This document shows, one piece after another, positions 61,084 to 64,000 of a stretch of 64,000 nucleotides of DNA (the stretch's first letter is position 1; the number at the start of each line of letters is the position of its first letter). The position numbers were made by a program, and so were the translations under genes. Location: contig CANFQC010000005.1 in NCBI GenBank assembly GCA_947449035.1, positions 6,765-70,764 on the forward strand, written 5' to 3'. This DNA is from Actinomycetota bacterium. GTDB lineage: Bacteria > Actinomycetota > Actinomycetes > S36-B12. The notes beneath the pieces were generated by a model. That model was not told where the DNA came from, did no database searches, and saw only the letters and a list, made by a program, of their open reading frames with translations.

Positions 61084-61122
61084 CTGGGGAGGGGCTAGGA
61101 GAAGTCTGTGAGTTTCCTGTGA
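61084..61122. promoter_or_regulatory. Tandem boxes at 11-bp spacing, candidate OmpR/PhoP-type binding site
   Basis: CTGGGG (61084), CTAGGA (61095), CTGTGA (61106), CTGTGA (61117); the last two read TCACAG-N5-TCACAG on the minus strand. Confidence 0.65.
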
Positions 61123-61146
61123 ATGCTGGCGTGTCACACTGAGGCC

Positions 61147-61281
61147 ATGAAGTTCGTCATCGGAGGGGTATTCGCGATCATCGTGATCGCCTTTGCCATC
61201 GCGGCGATTCGAGGTCGGGTGCGTGCGCGTAATTGCTGCACGCCGGTGGCGCCTGAGAACGACGCCCGGCTGCAGGCCTAG
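61147..61281 (+). CDS. Small single-TM protein with CC motif (44 aa, not in ORF track)
   Basis: MKFVIGGVFAIIVIAFAIAAIRGRVRARNCCTPVAPENDARLQA; CACACT hexamer 6 nt upstream; stop overlaps the marR stop. Confidence 0.65.
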   Translation: MKFVIGGVFAIIVIAFAIAAIRGRVRARNCCTPVAPENDARLQA

Positions 61282-61757
61282 GTCGGCTCTGCTCCGAGGT
61301 GGTCGAGCAGGCGCTGCGATGCGTTGCCGAGTGCGGCGAATTCCTCAGGAGTGAGCACGTCGACTATTCGAGCTCGAACGCTGTCAACGTGGCTGGGAGC
61401 GGCTGCCACCAGGGTGTCCCAGCCGGCAGCAGTGAGCACCGCAAAGTAGCCCCGTTTGTCATCGGCACATGGCATGCGCTCAACAAGGCCAGCGCGCTCC
61501 ATCCGGTCGATCTGGTGCGAGAGACGACTTCGTGACGACAACGTGGCCTCAGCAAGATCGCTCATACGCATTCGGCGACCTGTGTCGGCACCGCCAGATT
61601 CCGGCGCCTCGGACAGACGTACCAAGATTTCATAATCGGCCAAGGTCAGGCCGTGTGACTCCTGAAGGTCGCGGGAGAACGCATCGGTAAGAAGTGCATT
61701 AGCTGCGATCCAGGCGCGCCAGTGCTGCTGCTGCGCCTCATCGAGCCAGTTGGTCAT
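61278..61757 (-). CDS. MarR family transcriptional regulator
   Basis: LTLADYEILVRLSE, RMSDLA, SRSRLSHQIDRME..GLVER, DKRG..A.LT. Confidence 0.93.
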   Translation of the reverse strand: MTNWLDEAQQQHWRAWIAANALLTDAFSRDLQESHGLTLADYEILVRLSEAPESGGADTGRRMRMSDLAEATLSSRSRLSHQIDRMERAGLVERMPCADDKRGYFAVLTAAGWDTLVAAAPSHVDSVRARIVDVLTPEEFAALGNASQRLLDHLGAEPT

Positions 61758-61777
61758 GTCGCCAGCGTACCGCAGTT

Positions 61778-61793
61778 AGTTGAAATGCCAACT
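61778..61793. promoter_or_regulatory. Candidate MarR operator
   Basis: AGTTG-AAATGC-CAACT dyad in the marR promoter region. Confidence 0.45.
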
Positions 61794-61807
61794 TCTCGTG
61801 GCAGCGA

Positions 61808-62680
61808 TCAGGAGCCGGAGGGGAGTGTGAGGATCTCCGAGCCGGTTTCCGTGACGACGAGGGTGTGTTCGAACTGCGCAGTGCGCTTCAGGTCAGCGGT
61901 CACCACTGTCCAGTCGTCAGACCACATGTCGTACTCGTAGGTCCCCAGGGTGAGCATCGGCTCGATCGTGAATGTCATGCCGATCTCGAGTGTTGTGTCG
62001 TGACGCGGGTCGTCATAGTGCGGCACTACCAGGCCGGTGTGGAATGAGGTTCCGATGCCGTGGCCGGTGAAATCGCGAACAACCCCGTAATTGAAACGCT
62101 TCGCATAACTCTCGATCACGGTGCCGATGACATTGAGTGGACGGCCCGGGGCCACCGCCTTAATGGCGCGCATGGTGGCCTCATGGGTGCGCTCGACCAG
62201 GAGTCGGGACTCCTCGTCGACCTCGCCCACGCAGAAGGTGGCGTTCGTGTCACCGTGCACTCCGCCGATGAAGGCCGTGATGTCGATATTGCAGATATCG
62301 CCATCGATCAGCTCAGTGGAGTCGGGGATGCCGTGGCAGATGACCTCGTTCAGCGAGCTGCACAGTGACTTCGGGAAACCCCGATAGCCCAGGGTCGAGG
62401 GGTAGGCGCCGTGATCGCAGAGGAACTCATGGCCGATGCGGTCGAGTTCGTCGGTGGTGACGCCCGGCACGCAGTGCCGGCCCACCTCGACCAGGGCATC
62501 AGCTGCGATTCGGCCGGCAATGCGCATGGCCTCGATGGTCTCGGCGTCCTTGACCTCGGTTCCGGAGTACGGCGTAGGTGCGGGCTTGTCGACGTACTCA
62601 GGGCGCACGATCGAGGCCGGAACCGGTCGGCGTGCTGACACGCGGCCGGGAACGAGGGGGCGGGTCGTGGCGACAGACAT
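61808..62680 (-). CDS. map: Type I methionine aminopeptidase
   Basis: [45 protein letters not shown]. Confidence 0.97.
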   Translation of the reverse strand: MSVATTRPLVPGRVSARRPVPASIVRPEYVDKPAPTPYSGTEVKDAETIEAMRIAGRIAADALVEVGRHCVPGVTTDELDRIGHEFLCDHGAYPSTLGYRGFPKSLCSSLNEVICHGIPDSTELIDGDICNIDITAFIGGVHGDTNATFCVGEVDEESRLLVERTHEATMRAIKAVAPGRPLNVIGTVIESYAKRFNYGVVRDFTGHGIGTSFHTGLVVPHYDDPRHDTTLEIGMTFTIEPMLTLGTYEYDMWSDDWTVVTADLKRTAQFEHTLVVTETGSEILTLPSGS

Positions 62681-62748
62681 GCGAGTGAGTCTAGGTTGTC
62701 CTCATAGACGCGTCGACATGACGCGATCGTCACCGCGGAAGGGTTGAG

Positions 62749-62910
62749 ATGAGCTGGTACTACTGCCTCGAGCATCAGAAGGTTGAGCCGGAAGACGGCT
62801 GCCCCAATGCCGAGCGCATGGGTCCGTACGAGTCGGAGGCGGCAGCCGCCCACGCCATGGAACTCGCGCACAAGCGCAATGAGGCCTGGGACGCCGAAGA
62901 CGACGACTGA
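62749..62910 (+). CDS. Small hypothetical protein (53 aa, not in ORF track)
   Basis: MSWYYCLEHQKVEPEDGCPNAERMGPYESEAAAAHAMELAHKRNEAWDAEDDD; divergent from map and followed by a terminator. Confidence 0.78.
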   Translation: MSWYYCLEHQKVEPEDGCPNAERMGPYESEAAAAHAMELAHKRNEAWDAEDDD

Positions 62911-62917
62911 GTCACGA

Positions 62918-62959
62918 CATACGAAAGGCCCGCACCATTCGGTGCGGGCCTTTCGTATG
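62918..62959. terminator. Bidirectional terminator
   Basis: CATACGAAAGGCCCGCACC-ATTC-GGTGCGGGCCTTTCGTATG, 19-bp perfect stem between convergent genes. Confidence 0.88.
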
Positions 62960-62969
62960 AAGAATGTGA

Positions 62970-63437
62970 CTACTTCTTCTTGGCTGCTGCCTTACGCGGG
63001 GCTGCCTTGCGGACTGCCTTGCGGGGTGCTGCCTTCTTGACGGTGCGCTTGGCTGCTGCCTTACGCGGGGCTGCCTTGCGGACTGCCTTCTTGGCGGTCT
63101 TCTTTGCTGCCTTGCGCGGAGCTGCCTTCTTTGCTGCCTTGCGCGGGGCTGCCTTGCGGACTGCCTTCTTGGCGGTCTTCTTTGCTGCCTTGCGCGGGGC
63201 TGCCTTCTTGGCTGTGCGCTTGACAGCCTTCTTCGCTGCAGTCTTCTTGACTGCGGCCTTCTTGGCTGTGCGCTTGACAGCCTTCTTCGCTGCAGTCTTC
63301 TTGACTGCGGCCTTCTTCACCGTGCGCTTGACAGCCTTCTTTGCTGCTGCCTTGCGGGGTGCTGCCTTCTTTGCAGCCTTCTTGGCCACTGCACGCTTTG
63401 CAGGAGCCTTCTTTGCTGCCTTCTTTGCAACCGCCAC
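62970..63437 (-). CDS. Histone H1-like Lys/Ala/Arg-rich repetitive protein
   Basis: GTG start behind SD GGGAGG; built almost only from K, A, R, V, P, T in AAKK, AAPRK and AVKRT repeats; terminator downstream. Confidence 0.82.
   Translation of the reverse strand: MAVAKKAAKKAPAKRAVAKKAAKKAAPRKAAAKKAVKRTVKKAAVKKTAAKKAVKRTAKKAAVKKTAAKKAVKRTAKKAAPRKAAKKTAKKAVRKAAPRKAAKKAAPRKAAKKTAKKAVRKAAPRKAAAKRTVKKAAPRKAVRKAAPRKAAAKKK
62990..63380. repeat. Coding tandem repeats inside the H1-like gene
   Basis: 54-bp unit (KKAVKRTAKKAAVKKTAA; copies at 63211 and 63265) plus multiple AAPRK units. Confidence 0.85.
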
Positions 63438-63689
63438 GTTATGCCTCCCGTGTCGATGAGAACTGCGCTGTTGCAGCACTCTTCAGATGAAACTCTGACA
63501 GACAATGCCAGAAAATGTGTGCATATTCATGTCGGTGTGTCTTTTCGTGTCGCGCACGTGATATCGGCGGGGTCGTAAATCACGGATTCGCGTGCTTCCC
63601 GAACTCTTGCATCGTCCGTTTTCAGATGTACGCGGTGGTCGAAGACGCACATGATTCGCGCGATTGGAGTGTTCTGGCAGGATGTGGTT

Positions 63690-64000
63690 ATGACTGAAGA
63701 GACCAAGCCCGCAGTTGTTGATCCCCGCGTACTTCCCGACGTCGCACACCTTCGTATTGGTGTTCTCGGAGGCACCGGCGAGCAGGGACGCGGACTCGCG
63801 CGTCGCCTGGCCATGGCCGGCCATCAGGTGTCGATCGGATCCCGTGACGCGGCACGTGCGCAGGGAATTGCCGATGAGATCGGGCACGGAGTAACCGGCG
63901 CGACAAATGAAGACTGCGCGCTCGGAAGCGATGTCGTGATCGTTGCCGTGCCGTGGGATGGCCATGCTGCTCTTCTCGGCTCGTTGACCGCGGCTCTTGA
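63690..64000 (+). CDS. npdG: NADPH-dependent F420 reductase, 3'-truncated by window edge
   Basis: Read from ATG 63690: RIGVLGGTGEQGRGLARRLA.AGH.V.IGSR...DVVIVAVPWDGH. Confidence 0.88.
   Translation, partial: MTEETKPAVVDPRVLPDVAHLRIGVLGGTGEQGRGLARRLAMAGHQVSIGSRDAARAQGIADEIGHGVTGATNEDCALGSDVVIVAVPWDGHAALLGSLTAAL

Noticed and set aside
62980..63459. 159-aa plus-strand ORF (AALRGAAFF repeats)
   Set aside because: Antisense shadow of the H1-like gene; the repeats lack stops on that strand, and the SD supports the minus strand.

Overview
A 64-kb window of GC-rich actinobacterial chromosome; the gene content suggests an aquatic, light-exposed Actinomycetes lineage (inference). Most of it is conserved backbone in two blocks. 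Block 1: fbiC (partial), hisN, rsgA, aroA, SRAP, sigR/sigH-rsrA, biotin carrier, pdtaS, whiB1, DAG-kinase family gene, SigB/F-type sigma with anti-sigma, GNAT, sodN-sodX and kgd. Block 2: bioY, DUF3145, accD-fabF-acpP-fabH-fabD-fasR, aceE, DUF3052, ahpE, tRNA-Val, nif3, Zn-ribbon, RNase H-phosphatase, yaaA, rnpB, map and npdG (partial). The most notable accessory unit is an operon of potABCD-like polyamine ABC transporter, YtcJ-type amidohydrolase, fused ureAB and a divergent ureC. It has no ureDEFG genes in the window and altered urea-contacting motifs, which makes it a candidate pathway for an N-substituted urea/amide. Other points of interest: a secreted beta-propeller with a Trp/Cys-rich C-terminal module; FabD fused to a lysine-less biotinyl/lipoyl-like domain; a two-component system with a secreted repeat protein and four boxes at 11-bp spacing; a stand-alone histone H1-like protein; a ZIP-like membrane protein beside sodN; dual sigR promoters implying two isoforms; pervasive leaderless promoter architecture; and two small ORFs missed by the ORF track. 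I saw no CRISPR array, transposase, integrase or rRNA. All calls rest on motif recognition by eye; no database searches were run.
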